A DNA stretch of 64,000 nucleotides, from assembly GCA_964368135.1 (NCBI GenBank), contig CAYIZI010000001.1:42926-106925 (forward strand), in the 5' to 3' direction. The notes below the pieces were generated by a model. It searched no databases. It was given only the letters and a program-made list of their open reading frames with translations, and was not told where the DNA came from. This stretch comes from an uncultured Candidatus Saccharibacteria bacterium (lineage in GTDB: Bacteria; Patescibacteriota; Minisyncoccia; 2-02-FULL-40-12). Positions 22,832 through 31,790 of the stretch are shown piece by piece; within the stretch, counting starts at the first letter, position 1, and every line of letters begins with the position of its first letter. Both the position numbers and the translations under genes were made by a program.

Positions 22832-23437
22832 ATGGAACCAAAGGAAGAAATAGCCAAAAAGTTGCTGGAAAGACGGATTTTAGTGATGACCGGCGAAATA
22901 ACCAAAGAGAAAGTTGATGAAGTGAGGAGTGGCCTGATATGGCTGAATGCCCTCTCCAATGACGAAATCAAACTGATCATTGACACAAAAGGAGGTGAAT
23001 GTGAGCCTGGGTTTTGGTTGGTAGATTTCGTCCAGATGCTTAGTGCTCCTGTTATAGGTATAGTGAACGGGGAATGTTACTCAATAGGCATCGCCATTCT
23101 CCAAGGATGCCGCAAGAGGCTGGCGACGCCCCATAGCTGGTTCCAAGTTCATTTCACCGGTGGCACCTTCAGGTACGCTCCCCGCGACGAGAAAAGAGAA
23201 AAGAAGTTTGAAATCAGATTGACACAGAGCCAAAAAGTCCAGGAACAGATGCTCCAACTTCTTTCCTCCAGAACCGGCAAAACTCCGAAGGAAATAATCG
23301 CTCTCTGTGAAAAAGGAGAGAAGTACGATTGGAGGTTTTCGGCCTCCGAAGCAAAGGAGCTGGGATTCGTTGACAAGGTAGTGGAAAAGTTCGAGTTATT
23401 TCCTGCTCCACCTTTGACAACACCGCCAACGCCTTAG
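22832..23437 (+). CDS. ClpP-family serine protease paralogue (divergent, short N-terminus)
   Basis: Aligns by eye to ClpP: LLERRILVMTGEI, IDTKGGE, GECYSIG (Ser), QVHFTGG (His), YDWRFSASEAKELGFVD (Asp). Pro/Thr-rich tail. Confidence 0.65.
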   Translation: MEPKEEIAKKLLERRILVMTGEITKEKVDEVRSGLIWLNALSNDEIKLIIDTKGGECEPGFWLVDFVQMLSAPVIGIVNGECYSIGIAILQGCRKRLATPHSWFQVHFTGGTFRYAPRDEKREKKFEIRLTQSQKVQEQMLQLLSSRTGKTPKEIIALCEKGEKYDWRFSASEAKELGFVDKVVEKFELFPAPPLTTPPTP

Positions 23438-23459
23438 GGCCGCGGCGGTTTTTCGTTTT

Positions 23460-23717
23460 TTATTTATACAAATTCGGGTGAGTATCTAAAGCAATAAAGT
23501 ATGCAGTATTATCATCAACTAACTCATAAACCGCTCGATAATTTCCGGTAATATTAATACTGCGACAGCCTTTATACTTTCCAGTGAGTCCGTGATTATT
23601 CAAAATTGGATCAAACGGGTCTTTCGAAAATAAAACAAGTCGTTCATCGACTTTTTTCTGAATAGCTCGTAGTTTCTTAAACTTCTTCTTAAAATTTTGG
23701 TGAAAAAGAATTTTCAC
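23460..23717 (-). CDS. Type II toxin, RelE/ParE/YafQ superfamily
   Basis: 85 aa. The KKFKKL...NNHGLTGKYKGCRSINITGNYRAVYE pattern is typical of YafQ/RelE-type mRNA interferases. Starts at the base right after the upstream antitoxin stop (no intergenic gap). Confidence 0.65.
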   Translation of the reverse strand: MKILFHQNFKKKFKKLRAIQKKVDERLVLFSKDPFDPILNNHGLTGKYKGCRSINITGNYRAVYELVDDNTAYFIALDTHPNLYK

Positions 23718-23990
23718 TTACGAATGCAGGTAATCAAAGGCTTCTTCAATAGAATCAAAAACAGGAGAAATATTCTTCTTGGCTTTATAATCTTTTCTGG
23801 CCTGACCAATAAGCTTTTCTAATTCCGGAGTCATTTTAGGCATAACTGAAAAGTAAAGTCTTCGGCTTCTAATAAACTGTTTAAGGTTTGCATTTATAAT
23901 TGTACTTAAATTAAGACCTAATTCTTTGGCTAATTTTTGAGCATTCTCTTTAACTTCCTTATCTGCTTTTATATTGATCATCGTCTTCAT
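23718..23990 (-). CDS. Type II antitoxin, RelB/DinJ family
   Basis: From ATG 23990: MKTMINIKADKEVKENAQKLAKELGLNLSTIINANLKQFI, which resembles the DinJ/RelB ribbon-helix-helix N-terminus. Confidence 0.6.
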   Translation of the reverse strand: MKTMINIKADKEVKENAQKLAKELGLNLSTIINANLKQFIRSRRLYFSVMPKMTPELEKLIGQARKDYKAKKNISPVFDSIEEAFDYLHS

Positions 23991-24101
23991 CCCGTTAGAA
24001 ATTTTACAGACCGTCAACCACTCTAAGCTGGTAGCTAAACTTATAAAACTTCATATCACTTAATTTGTGTTTATTCCCGTTAGGGCTAACTTCTAACGGG
24101 A
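23990..24101. promoter_or_regulatory. Candidate toxin-antitoxin operator: three copies of TCCCGTTAG
   Basis: tcccgttag at 23990-23998 (touching the antitoxin start codon) and 24075-24083, with the inverted copy ctaacggga at 24093-24101. Confidence 0.4.
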
Positions 24102-24136
24102 TTCATATCTAAAGTATATACAACGGATATTTAATG

Positions 24137-25960
24137 TCAAGGGTTAATATTTTTTAATTCCAAGTTTTTCGTATTCTTGCATTTCGGGAAATTCGAGCAG
24201 GCCAGGAATTTGCCGAAGCGGCCCATCCGAATGACCATCTTGCCGCCGCATTTCTCGCAGATTTCATCGGTCTCCTCCACTTCCTTTCCGCCGACTTCTT
24301 TGTACTTCTTTTCAAGGTTAGCCGAAAACGGTCCGTAAAATTCTCTAATCAAACTAACCCACTTTTCTTTACCTTCAGCCACATCATCCAATTCGTTTTC
24401 CATATTGCTGGTAAATTTTATATCAACCACGTCCGGGAAGTGCTCAACAAGAAGGTCGTTGACCATTTTGCCAATTTCGGTCGGGTGAAAATAACGAGAA
24501 CGGTCTTTTTGAACATAGTTCCTTAGCTGAATGGTGGAAATTATCGGCGCGTAAGTTGAGGGTCGGCCGATTCCGTATTTTTCCAAAATTTTAACCAATG
24601 AGGCTTCGTTATAACGGGCCGGCGGTTTGGTAAAATGCTGTTCCGGCTTTAATTCCAAAAGTCTTAATTTTTCTTTTTCCTCAAGCGGCGGTAACTCGGT
24701 TTCTTCGTATTTAATCGGATAGACTTTTAAAAAGCCGTCAAATTTCAAAGTCTGGCCATTGGAGCTGAAAGTATAATTCTTGGCCAAAATTTCCACGCTC
24801 ATCGTGTCAAACACCGCCTCTTTCATCTGAGTGGCCATAAAGCGCCGCCAGATTAAATCATAGAGTTTGAACTGCTGGGGGGTTAAACCGCTTTTGATGC
24901 TTTCCGGTGTTCGCGAAGGCTCGGTCGGCCGGATAGCTTCGTGAGCTTCTTGGGCCAAACGAGACTTGGTTTTATATTTTCTCGGAAATCCGGCATAGTA
25001 TCTTTGGCCAAACAGATTTATAATCGCCTCTTTAGCCGCAAAAAGTGATTGTTCCGAAAGATTAGTGGAGTCGGTCCTCATATAGGTAATATAGCCGTTT
25101 TCGTAAAGCTGCTGAGCTATCATCATTGTCTGCTTTGAGGAGAATCTTAATTTTTTAAACCCTTCCTGCTGGAGGGTGCTGGTGGTAAATGCCGCCGCCG
25201 GAATTCTTTTCATCTCTTTTCGCTCAATTTTTGAAACGGCATAATCCGCGCCTTCCAAATCTTTCAAAATCTTATCGGCTTCGGCTTTGTTTTTTATCCC
25301 TAATTTTTCTATTGCTTCACCGTTCAATTTTGAAAGCAAAGCTGTAAGTTTGCCTTGTTTTGCTTTCAATAACGCCTCAATACTCCAATATTCCTGGGGT
25401 TTAAAATTCTCAATTTCTCTTTCCCGCTCAACCACCAGCCGCACCGCCACTGACTGAACCCGGCCGGCTGAAAGGCCGCGGGCAACTTTCTTCCATAAAA
25501 ACGGCGAGAGCTTATAACCAACCAAACGGTCAAGTACTCTGCGGGCCTGCTGGGCATCAACCAAATTCATATCAATATCGCGCGGATTTTTGAGAGCTTC
25601 TTCAATTGCCCGCTTGGTGACTTCGTGAAAAACAATTCTTTCAACTGCTTTTTTACCGCCCTTATCCAAACCTAAGGCCTTAACCAAATGCCAGGAAATT
25701 GCCTCCCCTTCTCGGTCTTCATCAGTGGCCATTATCACTTTTTCCGCCTTTGGCAGAAATTTCTTCAAAATAGTAATGGTTTTTCTGGCTTTTGGCGGAA
25801 TCACATACTTTGGCTGAAAATCATTTTCAACATCCACGCCCAAATCGGTCTTGGGCAAATCCCGCACATGGCCAAACGAAGACTGAACCGAATAATCCCG
25901 GCCTAAAAACTGACTTATTGTCCGCGCTTTGATCGGACTCTCAACCACAATCAACTTCAT
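24137..25960 (-). CDS. topA: DNA topoisomerase I
   Basis: Toprim start KLIVVESPIKARTI, DEDREGEAI, active-site region YITYMRTDST, and the C-terminal zinc ribbon CEKCGGKMVIRMGRFGKFLACSNFPKC. Confidence 0.9.
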   Translation of the reverse strand: MKLIVVESPIKARTISQFLGRDYSVQSSFGHVRDLPKTDLGVDVENDFQPKYVIPPKARKTITILKKFLPKAEKVIMATDEDREGEAISWHLVKALGLDKGGKKAVERIVFHEVTKRAIEEALKNPRDIDMNLVDAQQARRVLDRLVGYKLSPFLWKKVARGLSAGRVQSVAVRLVVEREREIENFKPQEYWSIEALLKAKQGKLTALLSKLNGEAIEKLGIKNKAEADKILKDLEGADYAVSKIERKEMKRIPAAAFTTSTLQQEGFKKLRFSSKQTMMIAQQLYENGYITYMRTDSTNLSEQSLFAAKEAIINLFGQRYYAGFPRKYKTKSRLAQEAHEAIRPTEPSRTPESIKSGLTPQQFKLYDLIWRRFMATQMKEAVFDTMSVEILAKNYTFSSNGQTLKFDGFLKVYPIKYEETELPPLEEKEKLRLLELKPEQHFTKPPARYNEASLVKILEKYGIGRPSTYAPIISTIQLRNYVQKDRSRYFHPTEIGKMVNDLLVEHFPDVVDIKFTSNMENELDDVAEGKEKWVSLIREFYGPFSANLEKKYKEVGGKEVEETDEICEKCGGKMVIRMGRFGKFLACSNFPKCKNTKNLELKNINP

Positions 25961-25966
25961 AACTTA

Positions 25967-27103
25967 TTATGCTTCTTCATCTTCAACTTCGGTTAAATAT
26001 TTTTCTTCCAAGACATACTGCCCATTGCCTAAGTTCTTGATTATTCCCTTAACTTCCATTGCTGTCAATGCAGAATTAACTTTTTGAACAGTAAAATCCG
26101 AGTTTCTTGCAATTTCGTCAATATTTTTCGGCTCGCCGGTTTTGTTTAAAATGTCAAAAATCCTCTCTTCAATCTGGTTGTCGGGTTTAAATTCTTTTTT
26201 CAAAACAGATCCAAGGTTAAATTTCAAATTCAGCTCCTGAAAAATGTCTTCGGCTCGGGTAACTAAGGCTGCCCCTTGTTTGATGAGCAGATTGGTTCCA
26301 TAAGACATTCTTGAAGAAATATTTCCCGGAATAGCAAAAACCTCGCGGTTTTGCTCAAGGGCATGCCGGGCCGTAATCAAAGCGCCTGACCGCAAAGGTG
26401 CTTCAACAATTAAAACGCCGCGCGATAAACCGCTGATGATTCGGTTTCTGGCAACAAATTTCTCTCTGTCGGCATTCATTCCAAGGGCATGTTCGGAAAT
26501 TAAAGCACCCCGTTCAATAATTTTTCTGGATAGCCCCGCATTTTCCTGCGGAAACAAACTCTTTTCATCCAAACCAGAAGCAACCACGGCGATAGTTCGG
26601 CCTTTGGCGGCTAAAGCCCCTTTATGAGCCTCGGTATCAATCCCTACGGCCATTCCGCTGACAATAGTCAAGCCGGTTTGAGCGAGCTTAAAACCAATCG
26701 TGTAAGCGGTTTCTTTGCCATAACCCGTAGCCAGTCTCGTCCCGACTATCCCGAATGAAAAATCATCTTCTTTCTTTAGCTCTCCTTTGACATAAAAAAA
26801 GAGCGGCGCCGCTGGTATCTGTTTTAAAAGTTTAGGGAACTCCGCCTCATCAGAAACAATCATCTTAACTCTCTCTTTTTCAAGCTTGCGCCACTCTTTT
26901 TCAGGATTTATTTTACTTCGGCCATTCAAAACCGCGGCTAACTCGGTATTTTCTACCGCCCCAGCCCTAAGTTGACTCTCGGATGCTTCAAAACCAGCTT
27001 CAAAATCACCGCCAAAAAAAATTTCAATCTTTTTCAGCGTCTCATAGCCAACACCGGGAACACAATTTAGAGCATTTAAAAATATTTTTTGACTTTGAAT
27101 CAT
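25967..27103 (-). CDS. dprA: DNA-processing protein DprA (Smf)
   Basis: IVGTRLATGYG, SGMAVGIDTEAHKGAL, and the Rossmann-like core with VVEAPLRSGALITA. C-terminal winged-helix-like tail. Confidence 0.85.
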   Translation of the reverse strand: MIQSQKIFLNALNCVPGVGYETLKKIEIFFGGDFEAGFEASESQLRAGAVENTELAAVLNGRSKINPEKEWRKLEKERVKMIVSDEAEFPKLLKQIPAAPLFFYVKGELKKEDDFSFGIVGTRLATGYGKETAYTIGFKLAQTGLTIVSGMAVGIDTEAHKGALAAKGRTIAVVASGLDEKSLFPQENAGLSRKIIERGALISEHALGMNADREKFVARNRIISGLSRGVLIVEAPLRSGALITARHALEQNREVFAIPGNISSRMSYGTNLLIKQGAALVTRAEDIFQELNLKFNLGSVLKKEFKPDNQIEERIFDILNKTGEPKNIDEIARNSDFTVQKVNSALTAMEVKGIIKNLGNGQYVLEEKYLTEVEDEEA

Positions 27104-27666
27104 AAAATAGAAATAATTTTCTGGGCCGTTTCTTTTACTACTTTACTTACTTTTGTTTTTTCGCTCGCGCCGAAAGGGCTAATCACGAATTTGTTCATTT
27201 CACTCAACCTTTTCCTTTTATCTTTGATTTTTCTTATTTTAGCAAGCTGATTATTAAAAGTGCCGATTCTGATTCGGTAGAATTTATCGGTTTTCAAAGC
27301 CCTGATTATTGATTCAACTCCTTTGTGGCCGGCGGAACCACGAGCAAAAGACATTTTTACCTTGCCGAAAGGAATATCCAGATCGTCATGAACGATGACT
27401 AAATTTTCAATTTTAAATTTTAAATTTTCAATTAACTTCTTAATGGCTTGGCCGGAGTTATTCATAAAAATCTGGGGCTTGGCTAATAATATTTTTTTAC
27501 CGTTGACCTTAATTTCCGAAACTTCTGAATCTGATTTTTTATCAAAAGTGAAACTGCGGCCGTACTCTTTATTTAAATAACCGACCACTCTAAACCCAAG
27601 ATTATGACGAGTATTTTCGTATTCTTCACCGGGATTGCCAAGACCAACAATTAATTTCACTTTCAT
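27100..27666 (-). CDS. pth: Peptidyl-tRNA hydrolase
   Basis: The internal ATG at 27666 gives MKVKLIVGLGNPGEEYENTRHNLGF. Also VHDDLDIPFGKVK and GSAGHKG. Confidence 0.85.
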   Translation of the reverse strand: MKVKLIVGLGNPGEEYENTRHNLGFRVVGYLNKEYGRSFTFDKKSDSEVSEIKVNGKKILLAKPQIFMNNSGQAIKKLIENLKFKIENLVIVHDDLDIPFGKVKMSFARGSAGHKGVESIIRALKTDKFYRIRIGTFNNQLAKIRKIKDKRKRLSEMNKFVISPFGASEKTKVSKVVKETAQKIISIL

Positions 27667-27701
27667 TTTTCTGAATTTTATTTTATATTTACAAATGAGA
27701 T

Positions 27702-27761
27702 AGAAATGAATGAAATTCATTTCTATCGAATGAAATAAATATATAGATACTTATCTATATA
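27702..27761. promoter_or_regulatory. Two perfect 10-bp inverted repeats in the pth/lepB divergent region
   Basis: agaaatgaat-gaa-attcatttct (27702-27724) and tatatagata-ct-tatctatata (27740-27761). The second ends 6 nt before the lepB ATG. Confidence 0.4.
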
Positions 27762-27767
27762 TCATCT

Positions 27768-28370
27768 ATGTTAATGGACGGAGAGATACAAAGTCAAAAG
27801 GAAGAAAGGGGTGGAGGCTTTTTTTTATTTGTCTGGGAAATAGTCAAAATCACTATTCTGGCTTTGGTGATAATCGTGCCGATCCGTTACTTTATCGCCC
27901 AGCCGTTTTTCGTCAAAGGCGCTTCAATGGAGCCGAGTTTTGAGAACGGCGACTATCTAATAATTGACGAAATAAGCTACCGATTCGCAAAGCCCTTGCG
28001 GGGCGATGTGGTTGTTTTCCGTTTCCCCGAAGACCCGAAGCAGTTTTTTATAAAAAGAATTGTCGCTCTGCCCGAGGAAACAATCCAGATAAAAAACGGG
28101 GAAATTATGATTTTCAACGAGTCAAATCCGCTGGGCTTTGTTTTGGACGAATCCGGCTATCTTAGCCCGAATGAAACCACTACCGGCGATTTAAGAATGA
28201 AGCTCGACGATAATGAATACTTTGTTATAGGCGACAATCGCTCCCAAAGCTCTGATTCAAGAAGATGGGGCGCTTTAAACAGACATTTTATTATCGGGAA
28301 AACTTTTATCAGGGCTTGGCCAATAGATAGAGCTAAATATTTCAGGCCAGTCCCCTATCCGGCGAATTAA
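27768..28370 (+). CDS. lepB: Signal peptidase I
   Basis: GASMEPSF (catalytic Ser box), GDVVVFRFP, FIKRIVALPEE (Lys box), GDNRSQSSDSRRWG. Confidence 0.85.
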   Translation: MLMDGEIQSQKEERGGGFFLFVWEIVKITILALVIIVPIRYFIAQPFFVKGASMEPSFENGDYLIIDEISYRFAKPLRGDVVVFRFPEDPKQFFIKRIVALPEETIQIKNGEIMIFNESNPLGFVLDESGYLSPNETTTGDLRMKLDDNEYFVIGDNRSQSSDSRRWGALNRHFIIGKTFIRAWPIDRAKYFRPVPYPAN

Positions 28371-28417
28371 GTTTTTGGAGTAATAAGAGTTGTTCTTTGG
28401 TGAAATTAGACCAAATT

Positions 28418-29212
28418 TTATCTAATCTCGTAAGTAAGAGTAACGTTAATAATTACTTCCTGGGAACCGGGCTCAATTGATGGACCGGCGCCGCCTGCAT
28501 CTTTTGCTATTGTTTCTAATCTAAAAGGAATCGGTCCGCCAAATCCTTCCTGAATTGAAATGAGTTTTCCCAGTCTAAACTTTCCTGCCTTCGACATCAG
28601 TACCGCTTTCTCTCTGGCTTCTTTGATTGCTTTTTCTCGAGCTTCATTTTGAAGTCCAACCGGGTCGTCAATTGTGAAATTAGGACCATAAATCGCATTC
28701 GCCCCGCGCTCAACCGTTCCGGCTAAAATATCCCCGGCTTTATTTAAATCTCTTACCTTAACCGAAAGGCTCTGGCTGATGCTATAACCGATAATTTCCG
28801 GGACATCTGTTGGACAAGGCCGAACTATTTCCGGGAAAGTTTGTAAAATGACCGGCGGACAGTAAACATTGCTGTATCTTGGCGAAATATTATAATACTC
28901 GGTTTTAATATCTTCCTTTTTTATCCCCTGCTCTTTTAAATAATCAATGACTCTATTTATTTTTTCGGTGTTTTGTTTTTGCAAATCAGTCAGATTTTTG
29001 CCGCCTTCAGTCAAGACGCCGATAGAAAGCTGGGCGATATCAGGCACGGCCACCACTTTTCCTTCGCCCGAAACAGTGAAGCTGCGTTCGGGCACCACCG
29101 AACGCGAATAAGCGCTGACGTACCAAAAAACGGCAATTATAAAAAGAAAAAGTAAAACAACTTTTGTTTCTCTAAACCAAAAACCGTGGTAATTTTTAAT
29201 TTCTTTATCCAT
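28418..29212 (-). CDS. SIMPL/DUF541-domain protein (BP26-like)
   Basis: Signal anchor, then SGEGKVVAVPDIAQLSIGVLTEG ... the C-terminal GSQEVIINVTLTYEI pattern of SIMPL proteins. Confidence 0.65.
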   Translation of the reverse strand: MDKEIKNYHGFWFRETKVVLLFLFIIAVFWYVSAYSRSVVPERSFTVSGEGKVVAVPDIAQLSIGVLTEGGKNLTDLQKQNTEKINRVIDYLKEQGIKKEDIKTEYYNISPRYSNVYCPPVILQTFPEIVRPCPTDVPEIIGYSISQSLSVKVRDLNKAGDILAGTVERGANAIYGPNFTIDDPVGLQNEAREKAIKEAREKAVLMSKAGKFRLGKLISIQEGFGGPIPFRLETIAKDAGGAGPSIEPGSQEVIINVTLTYEIR

Positions 29213-29226
29213 ATTTTAAGTATAGA

Positions 29227-29370
29227 CTATTTCTGCAATTTTTTCCAGAGCCAGCCAATTGCCAAAATCCCGACGATCAGCCAGACAATAGAGTTTAAAC
29301 CAAGAATGAACCCCCAAAAGCCCAGCCATCCGGAGTCCATCATACCGTACCCCCAAAAATTCCCCATCAT
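29227..29370 (-). CDS. Small Gly/Trp-rich membrane protein (47 aa), missed by the ORF track
   Basis: The minus strand reads MMGNFWGYGMMDSGWLGFWGFILGLNSIVWLIVGILAIGWLWKKLQK*. Last gene of the Cu-ATPase string. The plus-strand track ORF 29186-29416 is probably its shadow. Confidence 0.35.
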   Translation of the reverse strand: MMGNFWGYGMMDSGWLGFWGFILGLNSIVWLIVGILAIGWLWKKLQK

Positions 29371-29376
29371 AAACTT

Positions 29377-29748
29377 TTATATCTTATTTTTAATTCTTCG
29401 ACCTGATAGAAAATAAAGCGCTAACGGCGCTCCCCAATTAGCCCAACGTTCAACAAAATCCCAGACTGGCTGGCCGACAAGCGGCCGGATAAGCGCCGTC
29501 CAAAATCCCCAAAACGCCATCCATAATAAAACGGGGCGAATTGGTTTAACTAACACTAAAATTGCCAAAGCGACATCTATAATGCCGATAAAAACTAAAA
29601 GTTGGGTTGCTAACCCAGTATCATAAACACCAAAATTTAAAAACCAGTTAATCCAATCTTTTTTACCCTGTAAAGCAAGCACGCCATGGCCCAAAAACTC
29701 ACCAAAAACCGCAACCCGTAAAATCCATTCAATAAGTTTTGTATTCAT
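29377..29748 (-). CDS. Hypothetical 4-TM membrane protein (DoxX-like?)
   Basis: 123-aa hydrophobic ORF overlapping the ATPase stop by 4 nt. Confidence 0.4.
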   Translation of the reverse strand: MNTKLIEWILRVAVFGEFLGHGVLALQGKKDWINWFLNFGVYDTGLATQLLVFIGIIDVALAILVLVKPIRPVLLWMAFWGFWTALIRPLVGQPVWDFVERWANWGAPLALYFLSGRRIKNKI

Positions 29749-31781
29749 AAAACTTTCTTTTTTAATAATAGCGCGTTTACCGCCACAATTACAGTTGATA
29801 AAGACATAAACAAAGCGGCTAAAGCCGGTTCAAGTATAATTCCTTTTGAGTACATCGCGCCGGCCGCCAAAGGCAAAGCCACCACATTGTAGCCGGTTGC
29901 CCAGAAAAGATTCTGCATCATTTTGGCATAAGTCAGGTGAGAAAGCTTAATAATCTTAACGATGTCTCTTGGGTCATTTTTAGCTAAAATTATCCCGGCC
30001 GACTCAATCGCCACATTAGTGCCGGCGCCAATGGCAATGCCTAAATCTGCCTGAACCAAGGCCGGAGCATCATTAATCCCATCCCCCACCATTGCCACTT
30101 TAACTCCCTTTGCTTGTAAAGCTCTGATTTTTTCCGACTTCTCATGAGGAAGAACTTTTGAAAAATATTCCTCGATGACAAGCTCTTTTGCCACCCAAGA
30201 AGCAACATCTTCCGAATCGCCGGTAATCATCGAAACTTTTACACCCATTTTCTTCAAATCTTTTATTGCTTCCTTTGATTCGTCTCTGATTAAATCGGCT
30301 AAAGCTAAAACTCCGGCCAACTCTTTTTCTTGAATGACGTAGATAATCGTCTCTCCTTTCCCGCTCTCAGCGTCAACTTCTTTTTTGATTTCCGGCGGAA
30401 CTGAAACTCCGGAATCAATTAAAATAACATAACCGCCCACCATAACTTCCCTGCCGTTCAAAATTCCCTTAACCCCTTTGCCGGGAATCCTGACAAAATC
30501 TTTTACTTCCGAAGTCACTACTCCTACTTCCTTTGCCTTTTTCACAATAGCCCTTGAAATATAATGCTCGGAATGAAAACCTATTGAAGCCGCCAATCGC
30601 AAAACTTCTTTCTCATCTTGGACCTTAAGGGACCAGATTTTGGTTATACCAAACTCACCCTTAGTCAAAGTTCCTGTTTTATCAAAGATAACCAGGTTAA
30701 CTTTTCGAGCAAGCTCTAAAGCAAGGCGTTGTTTCACTAAAAAACCCTGCCTGGCAGCAAGAGTGGTTGAAATCGACGCCACCAAAGGAACAGCCAAACC
30801 CAAAGCATGAGGACAAGCAATGACTAAAACCGCCACTAATCGTTCAAGAGCAAACCCGAACCCAGCTTGTGCCAGAATCCATAATACAAATGTAAGAGCT
30901 CCGCCACCGATGGCGATTATGGTAAGGTAAAAAGCGGCTCGGTCAGAAAGAATCTGAAGCCGCGATTTTGAGGCCTGGGCTTCTTTGACCAGCCGCATCA
31001 CTCCGGCTAAAAACGTCTTCTCGCCTACTTTGATTACTTTGACTTTTAACGAACCGTCACCGTTAATGGTACCGGCAATAACTTCTTTACTGATATCTTT
31101 TTCAACTGGTTTTGATTCTCCAGTAATCGCCGCTTCATTGACATGCGACTTTCCTTCTATAACCCTTCCGTCAGCCGGAATTCTGGCTCCAGGCCTGATG
31201 AAAACAATGTCGCCTTCTTTCAACTCCGCCAACTGAATTGTTTCCAGCTTTCCGTCCCTTTCAATTTCGGCTGTATCCGGCAAAAGTTTTGAAAGTTCTT
31301 TTAATGCCCCTTGAGCCGAACTGACAGCCCGCATTTCCATATAGTGACCAAGGAGCATAACCGTAATTAAAGTGGTCAATTCCCAGAAAAGCGTTTCCCT
31401 CTGACCTAAAATAACGGCTCCAACGCTGTAAAAATAAGCTGTTGAAATGGCCAGACCGATTAAAGTCATCATCCCGGGCAGTCGGGCTTTTAATTCGCGG
31501 GCTGCCCCCTCAAGGAAAATCCAGCCGCCATAGAAAAAAACAATTGAGCCAAAAATAAGCGGAAAAAATACAGGGAATTCCTTAAAAACAAAATTGTAAA
31601 GAACCACTGGAACGGTCAAAACCAAACTGACCCAAAATTTTTTGAGAAACATCTCAGTAGTGTGACCGGCGTGTTTTTTATATTCTTCTTCTCTGGCCGG
31701 CAAAAGATTCATTCCGCACTCACTGCAAATGCCCGGAGTCTCACTCCTTATATTTGGATGCATCGGACAAGTATAAATCAT
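29745..31781 (-). CDS. Heavy-metal (copper) translocating P1B-type ATPase, CPH subtype
   Basis: N-terminal YTCPMHPNIRSETPGICSECGMNL metal-binding ribbon. TGES, CPH in TM6 (IACPHALGLAVP), DKTGTLT, GDGINDAP. Confidence 0.9.
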   Translation of the reverse strand: MIYTCPMHPNIRSETPGICSECGMNLLPAREEEYKKHAGHTTEMFLKKFWVSLVLTVPVVLYNFVFKEFPVFFPLIFGSIVFFYGGWIFLEGAARELKARLPGMMTLIGLAISTAYFYSVGAVILGQRETLFWELTTLITVMLLGHYMEMRAVSSAQGALKELSKLLPDTAEIERDGKLETIQLAELKEGDIVFIRPGARIPADGRVIEGKSHVNEAAITGESKPVEKDISKEVIAGTINGDGSLKVKVIKVGEKTFLAGVMRLVKEAQASKSRLQILSDRAAFYLTIIAIGGGALTFVLWILAQAGFGFALERLVAVLVIACPHALGLAVPLVASISTTLAARQGFLVKQRLALELARKVNLVIFDKTGTLTKGEFGITKIWSLKVQDEKEVLRLAASIGFHSEHYISRAIVKKAKEVGVVTSEVKDFVRIPGKGVKGILNGREVMVGGYVILIDSGVSVPPEIKKEVDAESGKGETIIYVIQEKELAGVLALADLIRDESKEAIKDLKKMGVKVSMITGDSEDVASWVAKELVIEEYFSKVLPHEKSEKIRALQAKGVKVAMVGDGINDAPALVQADLGIAIGAGTNVAIESAGIILAKNDPRDIVKIIKLSHLTYAKMMQNLFWATGYNVVALPLAAGAMYSKGIILEPALAALFMSLSTVIVAVNALLLKKKVL

Positions 31782-31790
31782 ATAAAGAAA

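Noticed and set aside
22692-24136. Prophage remnant, because ClpP-like proteases serve as phage prohead proteases
   Set aside because: There is no portal, capsid, terminase, integrase or att-like flank. Only a toxin-antitoxin pair accompanies the gene.
29186-29416. 76-aa plus-strand ORF in the SIMPL/ATPase intergenic region
   Set aside because: It has no start context and looks like a shadow of the more plausible 47-aa minus-strand membrane peptide at 29227-29370, which continues the ATPase gene string.
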